This document shows, piece after piece, positions 1 through 12,785 of a DNA stretch of 64,000 bases. A program made the translations under genes and the position numbers. The stretch comes from Eledone cirrhosa (taxonomy: Eukaryota), in assembly GCA_964016885.1 (NCBI GenBank), contig OZ024756.1, forward strand, positions 11,780,001 to 11,844,000, given 5' to 3'. A model generated the notes under the pieces. That model was given only the letters and a program-made list of their open reading frames with translations. It was not told where the DNA came from and ran no database searches. The number at the start of each line of letters is the position of its first letter. Positions within the stretch are counted from its first letter, which is position 1.

Positions 1-244
1 CCCCGACTACTCACCACAGCCCCCCCCCCCCCAACCCCCTTGTTGATTTCACTGCCAGTGTATCCCATTTATCCTCATCACCATTATCGTCCACCCTCAT
101 CACTACATACATGTCCAGCTCTCCTAAATAACCTGGATGGTTTTAACTTCCTAGCCATTGTCTTATCCTATCTAAACCCAACTTTCTTTTGATTTCTCTT
201 GCATATCCTATGAATCATGGTTACATCACTTCTTTCAATCTCAG

Positions 245-440
245 CTCATACACACATACACACACACACAGATAAATATGTACACATACACAACACATAC
301 ACAAACTGGCAGAGACAGACAAATATATACATACACATATATATATATACATATATACATATAAACCAAAACACAAACAGGCATAGATATGCATACACAA
401 ACAGGTTCAGACATATAAATATATATATATATATACATAT

Positions 441-475
<35 letters not shown>

Positions 476-774
476 CATATATACATACAAAAGAAACACA
501 CAAATAGGCATAGATATGCATACACAAACCGGTTTAGACATATAAATATATATATATATATATACACACATACATATATACATACAAAACAAACACACAA
601 ACAGGCATACACATTCAGTTATATATATATATATATATATATACACATACATATATACATACAAAACAAACACACAAACAGGCATACACATTCAGTTATA
701 TATATATATATATATATATACACATACATATATACATACAAAACAAACACACAAACAGGCATACACATTCAGTT

Positions 775-829
<55 letters not shown>

Positions 830-830
830 C
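245..830. repeat. (CA)/(TA) microsatellite with repeated module acatacaaaacaaacacacaaacaggcata
   Basis: Direct reading; the module recurs several times between (TA)n tracts. Confidence 0.9.
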
Positions 831-1009
831 ATTGGTACTCCTACTACGATATATGTCTAAAATTCGCTTCTATAACAGATTACAGCTCTAAAATATCTTC
901 CATTTATTTCATATGATGCAAGAATTCTTTAGTCTTCGGACTTTTAATGTTGCAACAAATGTTAATCATGCTGCAAAGATAGTAAGATTAATGTGTTGTT
1001 TCTAACCTT

Positions 1010-1150
1010 TCTCCCACCCTTAGACATACCCTCTCTCTCCCACCCTTAGACATACCCTCTCTCTCCCACCCCTAGACATACCCTCTCTCTCCCACCCCTA
1101 GACATACCCGCTCTCTCCCACCCCTAGACATACCCTCTCTCCCACCCTCA
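1010..1150 (+). repeat. Minisatellite, ~26-28 bp unit ctctcccaccc(c/t)tagacataccctct, about 5 copies
   Basis: Direct tandem copies. Confidence 0.9.
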
Positions 1151-1258
1151 ATTTCAGCAAGATATGTCATTTCATCCCCCTCCCACCTTCAGTTTGATAT
1201 GTGTTCTTGAACAAGACACTCCATTTCAGCTCACCCAGTTCTCTATCATTAATCCTTT

Positions 1259-1399
1259 TAATAATAATAATAATAATGAAATTATTGTGTACAGTGCTCA
1301 GGTGCACTACAACTCATCAAAGGTGCATGTATAGTACATAGAATAATGTACAAATGCCAGGAAAGTGAACAGTGTATGAGTCATGATATACACACAGAT

Positions 1400-1462
<63 letters not shown>

Positions 1463-2220
1463 GAGGGGGGATATCAGGTGTAGTTTTGGCGAATTTCGGG
1501 AAGCATGAGGGTTTTAAAGGATGCAGTGTCTTGACAGCTAACAACTGATGCAGGTAGTTTGTTCCATGCTTCAGCAACTCTAAGTGTGAAAAAATGTTTC
1601 CGAAAGTCATGGGAGCTGTGGTGTTTCTGACTTTGTAGGCATGTCCACGCGTGTTAGACACATGGAGATCAAAAGGTACTCAGGGTTGTTGTAGGCAAGA
1701 TGGTTAATAATTTTGTGGGTGTTTACCAAATCAGTTTCCAGACGCCGGAGCTTCAAAGTATCCATGCCCACGGAAGCGAGGCATTCAGAGTATGGTAGAT
1801 GCCTAATGGAGAGTATTTGCTTGGTTGCACGTCTCTGAACAGTTTCCAGGAGGTCAATGTTCTCAGCAATATAGGGGTTCCAGACTGATGATGCGAATTC
1901 CAAGTGTGGTTGTACCGTAGCTGTATACAGCTTTAAATAGATGGCTGGAGAGTGGCTGAAAAAGGTCGTGCTCAGTGATACCAAAACACCCTCGGCCTTC
2001 TTGACAATTTTAGAGATGTGCTTTGTCCAACACAAATCGCTGCTGACAGTAATGCCCAGGTCACATTCACAAGAAGACTTCTTGATATCAGTGTTGTGGA
2101 GGGAGTATGTGGACGCTGGGTTTTTCCTCCCAAAATGCATGGTGGTACACTTGTCCACAGCCAGCTTGAGTTGCCAGTCCGCAATCTATTGCAGCATTGC
2201 ATCCAGGTCTGATTGCAGGA
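1259..2220 (-). mobile_element. 5'-truncated CR1/L2-group LINE: C-terminal ORF2 (post-RT region), 3' UTR and (ATT)n tail
   Basis: ORF 1607..2158 reads KCTTMHFG..DLGITVSSDL.W..HI....LY...V.PHLEFASSVWNP...I..LE.VQRRATK...RRL..DL. After a frameshift it continues TRGHAYK. These motifs are typical of the CR1/L2 ORF2 C-terminus. The tail is the (TAA)n on + at ~1259-1278. Confidence 0.9.
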
Positions 2221-2919
2221 AACAAAAGACACTGCCTCTGATTTTAAAGGAATTTTGAAAATAATGAAGAATTTGTAGGGTTTTAGTTATCTATCATGTT
2301 ATTGCCCCTTTTGTTTTCATATTCCTAGAAATGAAAGGACTCTGCTTATTATTTTCAAATAAATTTGAAAATAATCAAGAATTTGATAGGATTTATTTAG
2401 AATTATCAAAGTGGTGTTTGGAGCATAACTTAATAAAGGTTCTTACAATTATAATGGAAGGTTTGTTTTTTTTATATTTATAAATATAAGCATTTTGAAA
2501 TAAGAAATGTTGTATCATAGAACCAGAGGTAACTGCCTCAAGCAGGTTTGGTAATCTAGAATTAATTTAACACATCTTCTCTCTGTCCCCTCTCTCTCAC
2601 ACTTGAATCTCCCTCCTTCTCTCTCTCTCACTGTATAGAAAATGTTTGATATTAAAAACTTTAATACACTCAATCACACACACTGTTTAAACAAATAGCT
2701 GGTTTATTTCTGAGTTGGCACAAAGACAATATATCTGAGGACAGAAGTGATGGTGTGTGTGTGTGAGAGAGAGTATGTATGTGTATGTGTGTGTGTGTGT
2801 GTGATACTGTAACAATACCTTCCTCTAAAGTAGGAGAGTTGTGTAAAAGTAAATTTTTGTCAGCGGGAAATAACTGATGATTTATTCACTTATCTCCCCT
2901 TATCTAATTTTACTTATTT

Positions 2920-2979
2920 CACTACTACTACTACTACTACTACTATTACCACCACCACTACTATTGCTACCACTAATGC

Positions 2980-3015
<36 letters not shown>

Positions 3016-3352
3016 CACTACTATTACTACTACTACCACCACCACTACTATTACTACTACTACTACCACCACCACTACTATTACTATTACTACCACCACC
3101 ACTACTATTACTACTACTACCAACACCACTACTATTACTACTACTACCACCACCACCACTACTATTACTACCACCACCACTACTATTACTACTACTACCA
3201 CCACCACCACTACTATTACTACTACCACCACCACCACCACCATTACTACCACTAATGCTACTACTACTACTACCACCACCACCACCACTATTACTACCAC
3301 TAATGCTACTACTACTACCACCACCACTATTACTACTACTACTACCACCACC
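2920..3352. repeat. Compound (ACT)/(ACC)/(ATT) trinucleotide repeat
   Basis: Direct reading; the poly-L/P and poly-V ORFs are artefacts of the repeat. Confidence 0.95.
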
Positions 3353-3559
3353 TTTCCAATATACTGATACACTAAAGCTGTGTTTGTTTCCTGTCTCTAA
3401 ATATTTGAAGCTGGCCAGAGAAATGTGTTATTTTTCTTTTTAATATTATTTACTACTATCTATGGAAGTTATAACATAAACTCCTTCCATGGCGTATTCT
3501 ATATACTCTCAGACACCATCAACCAATTCCAGCTAAAATTGCTCTGGAACTTACTGTAA

Positions 3560-3763
3560 CCCTTTAGCAGTTAGACCAGCCATATCTGGCCAGAATTCTC
3601 TCCCCTCTTTCTGTTCAAACTGGCTGTAACCAACAGCTCATACTTACGTTAAGGTATTGTTCTCAAAATAAATAATATCAAAACCTCATAAATTTGATAT
3701 TATGTGAGGTAAACCCTTTACCACAAAAATACAATAGTATAGAGTCATGTCAATGTTAAAGGG
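3560..3763. mobile_element. Possible piggyBac-like MITE
   Basis: The ends ccctttagca...tgttaaaggg form an imperfect TIR. The right flank is TTAA and the left flank is GTAA. Related ccagccatat.tggcc.g sequence recurs at ~62570-62830. Confidence 0.5.
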
Positions 3764-3979
3764 TTAAGCGATGTGTTTTTTTTGTTAGGTAGTTGAGATA
3801 TATTTAACTCTTCTCATACTAAAGCACATAAAAGAGGTCCTGGTTCTAGGCTACACAACTGTCTTTTAGACTATTTCAATGTGTCTCCCTCGCTATACTT
3901 CAGCTTAATGACTTCTTCATTCTGTCCACCGGCACCATCATGTGGCTTACACCTGCAATTCTGCACACCTGGCCGTGAG

Positions 3980-4619
3980 AGTGTTATCCCACACTGTCCA
4001 GGCTTGTATCATTAGGGGGTAATGTGCCAGTGTTATCCCACACTGTCCAGGCTTGTATTATTAGGGGGTAATGTGACAGTGTTATCCCACACTGTCCAGG
4101 CTTGTATTATTAGGGGGTAATGTGACAGTGTTATCCCACACTGTCCAGGCTTGTATTATTAGGGGGTAATGTGACAGTGTTATCCCACACTGTCCAGGCT
4201 TGTATTATTGGGGGTAATGTGCCAGTGTTATCCCACACTGTCCAGGCTTGTTTATTAGGGGGTAATGTGACAGTGTTATCCCACACTGTCCAGGCTTGTA
4301 TTATTAGGGGGTAATGTGCCAGTGTTATCCCACATTATCCAGACTTGTATTATTAGGGGGTAATGTGACAGTGGATTGGCAGTATCGGTAGAGGGTCGGA
4401 CACCATGCTTTGCAGCACAGAGTTACGGCCCTTGCCATTCTGAGTTCGAATCCCGACGAGGTTAACTTTGCCTTTCATCCTTACGGGGTCGATAAAATAA
4501 AGTACCAGTAATACACTGGGATAATTGCTGGCCTTGTGCCAAAAGTAGAAACAATTATTAGGGGGTAATGTGAGCGCGTTATCCCACACTGTCCAGGCTT
4601 GTATTATTAGGGGGTAATG
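3980..4619 (+). repeat. 49-bp minisatellite (~9 copies) interrupted by a SINE
   Basis: Unit gtgttatcccacactgtccaggcttgtattattagggggtaatgtgaca. Confidence 0.95.
4369..4560 (+). mobile_element. SINE family A (tRNA-like head, Nin/Deu-like core), full length
   Basis: It has a box A-like tggcagtatcggtag and a box B gagttcgaatcc. The core is gcctttcatcctt..ggggtcgataaaataaagtaccag and the end is agaaacaattatt. More than 12 copies occur in the window. The Nin/Deu assignment is from recalled consensus similarity. Confidence 0.85.
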
Positions 4620-4675
4620 ATGGCATAAGTTGCTGACATCTATAACAACTTACACCCACACACCCAGCCACGTGG

Positions 4676-4712
<37 letters not shown>

Positions 4713-4866
4713 ATCCATAATTGTATAGTTATCATTTGCTTCCATTCTTGATAAACTTGTGTCAGCAAATACATGTCATCAGAAATTAGTTTCTAGACTT
4801 CTGGAAATAGTGAAATAAGTTGGCTATCGAGACAGAAACAAATGAACCGTATCTCCTGTAATACTG

Positions 4867-7800
4867 TCCACTCTCTCTCTCTAGGGTCCTATATACCCAC
4901 CATACTCCACTACGTCTCTAGGGTCCTATATACCCACCATACTCCACCATCTCTCTCTCTCTAGGGTCTTATACACCCACCATACTCCACCATACTCCAC
5001 TACCTCTCTAGGGTCCTATATACCCACCATACTCCACCATCTCTCTCTCTAGGGTCTTATACACCCACCATACTCCACCATACTCCACTACCTCTCTAGG
5101 GTCCTATATACCCACCATACTCCACCATCTCTCTCTCTCTAGGGTCTTATACACCCACCATACTCCACTACCTCTCTAGGGTCCTATATACCCACCATAC
5201 TCCACCATCTCTCTCTCTAGGGTCTTATACACCCACCATACTCCACTACCTCTCTAGGGTCCTATATACCCACGATACTCCACCATCTCTCTCTCTCTCT
5301 AGGGTCTTATACACCCACCATACTCCACCATCTCTCTCTCTCTAGGGTCTTATACACCCACCATACTCCACCATCTCTCTCTCTAGGGTCCTATATACCC
5401 ACCATACTCCACTCTCTCTAGGGTCCTATATACCCACCATACTCCACCATATCTCTCTCTAGGGTCCTATACACCCACCATACTCCACTCTCTCTAGGGT
5501 CCTATACACCCACCATACTCCACTACCTCTCTCTAGGGTCCTATATACCTACCATACTCCACTACCTCTCTCTAGGGTCTTATACACCCACCATACTCCA
5601 CCATCTCTCTCTAGGGTCTTATACACCCACCATACTCCACCATATCTCTCTCTAGGGTCTTATACACCCACCATACTCCACCATCTCTCTCTCTAGGGTC
5701 TTATACACCCACCATACTCCACCATCTCTCTCTAGCGTCCTATATACCCACCATAGTCCACTACCTCTCTAGGGTCTTATACACCCACCATACTCCACCA
5801 TCTCTCTCTCTAGGGTCTTATACACCCACCATACTCCATCATATCTCTCTCTAGGGTCTTATACACCCACCATACTCCACCATCTCTCTCTCTAGGGTCT
5901 TATACACCCACCATACTCCACCATCTCTCTCTCTCTAGGGTCCTATATACCCACCATAGTCCACTACCTCTCTAGGGTCTTATACACCCACCATACTCCA
6001 CCATCTCTCTCTCTAGGGTCTTATATACCCACCATACTCCACCATCTCTCTCTAGGGTCTTATACACCCACCATACTCCACCATCTCTCTCTAGGGTCTT
6101 ATACACCCACCATACTCCACCATCTCTCTATCTAGGGTCTTATACACCCACCATACTCCACCATCTCTCTCTCTAGGGTTTTATACACCCACCATACTCC
6201 ACCATCTCTCTCTCTAGGGTCTTATACACCCACCATACTCCACCATCTCTCTCTCTAGGGTCTTATACACCCACCATACTCCACCATCTCTCTCTCTAGG
6301 GTCTTATACACCCACCATACTCCACCATCTCTCTCTCTAGGGTCTTATACACCCACCATACTCCACCATATCTCTCTCTAGGGTCTTATACACCCACCAT
6401 ACTCCACCATCTCTCTCTCTAGGGTCTTATATACCCACCATACTCCACCATCTCTCTCTCTAGGGTCTTATATACCCACCATACTCCACCATCTCTCTCT
6501 CTAGGGTCTTATACACCCACCATACTCCACCATCTCTCTCTCTCTAGGGTCTTATATACCCACCTTACTCCACCATCTCTCTCTCTAGGGTCTTATATAC
6601 CCACCATACTCCACCATCTCTCTCTCTAGGGTCTTATACACCCACCATACTCCACCATCTCTCTCTCTAGGGTCTTATATACCCACCATACTCCACCATA
6701 TCTCTCTCTAGGGTCTTATACACCCACCATACTCCACCATCTCTCTCTCTCTAGGGTCTTATACACCCACCATACTCTACCATCTCTGTCTCTAGGGTCT
6801 TATATACCCACCATTCTCCACCATCTCTCTCTCTAGGGTCTTATATACCCACCATACTCCACCATCTCTCTCTCTAGGGTCTTATATACCCACCATACTC
6901 CACCATCTCTCTCTCTAGGGTCTTATACACCCACCATACTCCACCATCTCTCTCTCTAGGGTCTTATACACCCACCATACTCCACCATCTCTCTCTAGGG
7001 TCTTATACACCCACCATACTCCACCATATCTCTCTCTAGGGTCTTATACACCCACCATACTCCACCATCTCTCTCTCTAGGGTCTTATACACCCACCATA
7101 CTCCACCATCTCTCTCTAGCGTCCTATATACCCACCATAGTCCACTACCTCTCTAGGGTCTTATACACCCACCATACTCCACCATCTCTCTCTCTAGGGT
7201 CTTATACACCCACCATACTCCACCATATCTCTCTCTAGGGTCTTATACACCCACCATACTCCACCATCTCTCTCTCTAGGGTCTTATACACCCACCATAC
7301 TCCACCATCTCTCTCTCTCTAGGGTCCTATATACCCACCATAGTCCACTACCTCTCTAGGGTCTTATACACCCACCATACTCCACCATCTCTCTCTCTAG
7401 GGTCTTATATACCCACCATACTCCACCATCTCTCTCTAGGGTCTTATACACCCACCATACTCCACCATCTCTCTCTAGGGTCTTATACACCCACCATACT
7501 CCACCATCTCTCTATCTAGGGTCTTATACACCCACCATCTCTCTCTCTAGGGTTTTATACACCCACCATACTCCACCATCTCTCTCTCTAGGGTCTTATA
7601 CACCCACCATACTCCACCATCTCTCTCTCTAGGGTCTTATACACCCACCATACTCCACCATCTCTCTCTCTAGGGTCTTATACACCCATCATACTCCACC
7701 ATATCTCTCTCTAGGGTCTTATACACCCACCATACTCCACCATCTCTCTCTCTAGGGTCTTATACACCCACCATACTCCACCATATCTCTCTCTAGGGTC

Positions 7801-10603
7801 TTATACACCCACCATACTCCACCATCTCTCTCTCTAGGGTCTTATACACCCACCATACTCCACCATCTCTCTCTCTAGGGTCTTATATACCCACCATACT
7901 CCACCATCTCTCTCTCTAGGGTCTTATATACCCACCATACTCCACCATCTCTCTCTCTAGGGTCTTATACACCCACCATACTCCACCATCTCTCTCTCTC
8001 TAGGGTCTTATATACCCACCTTACTCCACCATCTCTCTCTCTAGGGTCTTATATACCCACCATACTCCACCATCTCTCTCTCTAGGGTCTTATACACCCA
8101 CCATACTCCACCATCTCTCTCTCTAGGGTCTTATATACCCACCATACTCCACCATATCTCTCTCTAGGGTCTTATACACCCACCATACTCCACCATCTCT
8201 CTCTCTCTAGGGTCTTATACACCCACCATACTCTACCATCTCTGTCTCTAGGGTCTTATATACCCACCATTCTCCACCATCTCTCTCTCTAGGGTCTTAT
8301 ATACCCACCATACTCCACCATCTCTCTCTCTAGGGTCTTATACACCCACCATACTCCACCATCTCTCTCTCTAGGGTCTTATACACCCACCATACTCCAC
8401 CATCTCTCTCTAGCGTCCTATATACCCACCATAGTCCACTACCTCTCTAGGGTCTTATACACCCACCATACTCCACCATCTCTCTCTCTAGGGTCTTATA
8501 CACCCACCATACTCCACCATCTCTCTCTCTCTAGGGTCCTATATATCCACCATAGTCCACTACCTCTCTAGGGTCTTATACACCCGCCATACTCCACCAT
8601 CTCTCTCTCTAGGGTCTTATATACCCACCATACTCCACCATCTCTCTCTAGGGTCTTATACACCCACCATACTCCACCATCTCTCTCTAGGGTCTTATAC
8701 ACCCACCATACTCCACCATCTCTCTATCTAGGGTCTTATACACCCACCATACTCCACCATCTCTCTCTCTAGGGTTTTATACACCCACCATACTCCACCA
8801 TCTCTCTCTCTAGGGTCTTATACACCCACCATACTCCACCATCTCTCTCTCTAGGGTCTTATACACCCACCATACTCCACCATCTCTCTCTCTAGGGTCT
8901 TATACACCCACCATACTCCACCATATCTCTCTCTAGGGTCTTATACACCCACCATACTCCACCATCTCTCTCTCTAGGGTCTTATATACCCACCATACTC
9001 CACCATCTCTCTCTCTAGGGTCTTATATACCCACCATACTCCACCATCTCTCTCTCTAGGGTCTTATACACCCACCATACTCCACCATCTCTCTCTCTCT
9101 AGGGTCTTATATACCCACCTTACTCCACCATCTCTCTCTCTAGGGTCTTATATACCCACCATACTCCACCATCTCTCTCTCTAGGGTCTTATACACCCAC
9201 CATACTCCACCATCTCTCTCTCTAGGGTCTTATATACCCACCATACTCCACCATATCTCTCTCTAGGGTCTTATACACCCACCATACTCCACCATCTCTC
9301 TCTCTCTAGGGTCTTATACACCCACCATACTCTACCATCTCTGTCTCTAGGGTCTTATATACCCACCATTCTCCACCATCTCTCTCTCTAGGGTCTTATA
9401 TACCCACCATACTCCACCATCTCTCTCTCTAGGGTCTTATATACCCACCATACTCCACCATCTCTCTCTCTAGGGTCTTATACACCCACCATACTCCACC
9501 ATCTCTCTCTCTAGGGTCTTATACACCCACCATACTCCACCATCTCTCTCTCTAGGGTCTTATACACCCACCATACTCTACCATCTCTCTCTCTAGGGTC
9601 TTATACACACACCATACTCCACCATCTCTCTCTCTAGGGTCTTATACACCCACCATACTCCACCATCTCTCTCTCTAGGGTCTTATATACCCACTATACT
9701 CCACCATCTCTCTCTCTAGGGTCTTATACACCCACCATACTCCACCATCTCTCTCTCTAGGGTCTTATACACCCACCATACTCCACCATCTCTCTCTCTA
9801 GGGTCTTATACACCCACCATACTCCACCATCTCTCTCTCTAGGGTCTTATACACCCACCATACTCCACCATCTCTCTCTCTAGGGTCTTATACACCCACC
9901 ATACTCCACCATCTCTCTCTCTAGGGTCTTATATACCCACTATACTCCACCATCTCTCTCTCTAGGGTCTTATATACCCACCATACTCCACCATATCTCT
10001 CTCTAGGGTCTTATACACCCACCCACCATACTCCACCATCTCCCTCTCTAGGGTCTTATACACCCACCATACTCCACCATCTCTCTCTCTCTAGGGTCTT
10101 ATATACCCACCATACTCCACCATCTCTCTCCAGGGTCTTATACACCCACCATACTCCACCATCTCTCTCTCTAGGGTCTTATATACCCACCATACTCCAC
10201 CATCTCTCTCTCTAGGGTCTTATATACCCACCATACTCCACCATCTCTCTCTCTAGGGTCTTATACACCCACCATACTCCACCATCTCTCTCTCTAGGGT
10301 CTTATACACCCACCATACTCCACCATCTCTCTCTCTAGGGTCTTATACACCCACCATACTCCACCATCTCTCTCTCTAGGGTCTTATATACCCACTATAC
10401 TCCACCATCTCTCTCTCTAGGGTCTTATACACCCACCATACTCCACCATCTCTCTCTCTAGGGTCTTATACACCCACCATACTCCACCATCTCTCTCTCT
10501 AGGGTCTTATACACCCACCATACTCCACCATCTCTCTCTCTAGGGTCTTATACACCCACCATACTCCACCATCTCTCTCTCTAGGGTCTTATACACCCAC
10601 CAT
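4867..10603 (+). repeat. Satellite array, modal 41-bp unit ctagggtcttatacacccaccatactccaccatctctctct, ~140 copies
   Basis: Direct reading; unit length varies with the internal (CT)n. Confidence 0.98.
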
Positions 10604-10701
10604 AATTTCATGGTCTGAAAAACCTACATAGAAGAAACTGAAACCCTTTCAAAATTCCACATTTTTTTAAAAGGTTCTTAAATATGATTGATTCTTTGTT
10701 T

Positions 10702-10960
10702 TAAAATGTTTCTATTCATCTAAAAACCTTTTATCATAATTTTATGTAAGAACCTTTGTTAAGTTATATTCCAAACCCCAACATTGACTTTCATTAGAAA
10801 TATATGTAACAAAAGAGTTAAAATGTTTCTATTCATCTAAAAACCTTATATCATAATTTTATGTAAGAACCTTTGTTAAGTTATATTCCAAACCCCAACA
10901 TTGACTTTCATTAGAAATATATGTAACAAAAGAGTTAAAATGTTTATATTTATCTAAGAA
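10702..10960 (+). repeat. 118-bp tandem duplication (about 2.2 copies)
   Basis: taaaatgtttctattcatctaaaaacc...aaaagagt recurs at a 118-bp period. Confidence 0.85.
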
Positions 10961-11177
10961 CCTTCGTTGAATTATGTTCCAGAGACAAACTTTATACCGA
11001 GAAAGTTAGTTATATTACTAAATCTGTCCAAATTCTTTATTATTTTCAAAATTATTTGAAAATCATAAGAGATATCTCTCATTAAACATTTGGTGACAAA
11101 AGGGTTAAAGTTTTTCTAAAACCCTACCATCATAATTTCATGAAAGCACCTTCGTTATGTTCTAACGACCAGCTAAA

Positions 11178-11362
11178 TAATTGTTTCTACTTTTGGTACA
11201 AGGCCAGCAATTACCCCAGTACATTACTGGTACTTTATTTTATTGACCCAATAAGGGTGAAAGGCAAATTTAACCTCAGCGGGATTTGAACTCAGAATGG
11301 CAAGGGTTGTAACTCTGTGTGTCAAAGCATGGCGTCCGACCCTCTACCGATACTGCCTATCC
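11178..11362 (-). mobile_element. SINE family A with 15-bp TSD and 5' inverted flank copy
   Basis: Reverse complement of family A; gaccagctaaataat occurs at 11167-11181 and 11401-11415. Confidence 0.85.
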
Positions 11363-11582
11363 CTGAATGTTGGAAGAAGGGTTGCTTCATGTTACCATTA
11401 GACCAGCTAAATAATGGTAACATGAAGCAGCCCTTCTTCCAACATTCAGGGATCTGCTGTACCAGATAAACTACATACATTTCACACAACTCCCCAAAAG
11501 AATCTGCGGCTACAAAACACTGACAATATTTCTCAACCCTTAGTTCTCTCTCTTTGTTTCTTTTTGTTGGCACATGTATATA

Positions 11583-12252
11583 TGTGGTGTTGTGTAGTGT
11601 ACTGTGGTGTAGTGTGGTGTGGTGAGGTGTAGTATGGTGTGGTGTGGTAGTGTAGTGTAGTGTGGTGTGGTGTAGTGTAGTATGTAAGGTGTGGTGTAGT
11701 ATGGTGTGGTGTGGTGTGGCGTGGTAGTGTAGTGTAGTGTGGTGTGGTGTAGTGTAGTGTGTAAGGTGTGGTGTAGTGTGGTGTGGTGTGGTGTGGTGTA
11801 GTGTGGCGTTGTGGTGTGGTGTAGTGTAGTATGTAAGGTGTGGTGTGGTGCGGTGCAGTGTAGTGTATGGTGTGGTGTAGTGTAGTGTAGTAGTGTGGTG
11901 TGGTGTAGTGTAGTGTATGGTGTGGTGTAGGGTAGTGTAGTATGTAAGGTGTGGTGTAGTGTGGCGTGGTGTGGTGCGGTGCGGTGTAGTGTAGTGTATG
12001 GTGTGGTGTGGTGTAGTGTAGTAGTGTGGTGTAGTGTAGTGTATGGTGTGGTGTAGTGTAGTGTATGGTGTGGTGTGGTGTAGTGTAGTAAGGTATTGTG
12101 TGGTGTGGTTTGGTGTATGGTGTGGTGTGGTGTAGTGTAGTGTAAGGTGTGGTGTAGTCTATGGTGTGGTGTGGTGTGGTGTAGTGTAGTGTATGGTGTG
12201 GTGTAGTGTAGTGTGGTGTGGTGTAGTGTAGTGTAGTATGTAAGGTGTGGTG
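11583..12252. repeat. Pentanucleotide (TGGTG/TAGTG)n repeat
   Basis: Direct reading. Confidence 0.95.
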
Positions 12253-12473
12253 AGATGAACTAAAGTAGACTTCATTCATGTCTTCATTTATCTCCAGATG
12301 ATCTTTTTGTTATAAATTGAACATCAAATAATTGAAGAAATGTTGTTTGTTATTTGGTTTGTCTGAGGGGAACCAACCAGTAATAGATGTGGTAATAGCC
12401 CTATACTGGGCTCCGTGTTTAGCACAAATAAAACACCTTGTCTAATTCTCCTTGTAATAATAATAATAATAAT

Positions 12474-12785
12474 GATATTGCGCTAATTGAGAAAGAAAGC
12501 AAACATTGTTGAGTCATAGATCTAGGATGTCCAGACAAGGTATGTAATAAAGAAGGGAAAAAAAGTCGAAAGAAATGACAGGTTAGTTTGGGACGTTAAG
12601 CAGTTGTGGTCACTGAAAAATGTGGTGGTAATAATAATAGTTGGAGTCTTGGTAACAGTGAGTAAAGATCTTGAGAAGTACATTAAAGAAATAGAGGTTG
12701 ATATACAGGTGGAGCTAATGCAGAAAGCAACACACCTTGGAACAGATCCAATAGCCCAGAGGGGGGGGGGGTATAAAAATAAGGG
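12474..12785 (+). mobile_element. Degenerate 3' fragment of an R4/Dong-like non-LTR retrotransposon (restriction-like endonuclease C-terminus), preceded by (TAA)n
   Basis: Translation DIALIEKESKHC*VIDLGCPDKVCNKEGKK/frameshift/VERNDRLVWDVKQLWSLKNVVVIIIVGVLVTVSKDLEKYIKEIEVDIQVELMQKATHLGT. This follows the R4-clade pattern PDI...IID...P...KE.EK..KY..L...LW....V.P...G.LG....L......LQK..LLGT. It starts right after (TAA)n at 12455-12473. Confidence 0.8.

Noticed and set aside
4867-10603. Telomeric repeat (ctaggg resembles ttaggg)
   Set aside because: There is only one CTAGGG per 41-bp unit and no (TTAGGG)n run.
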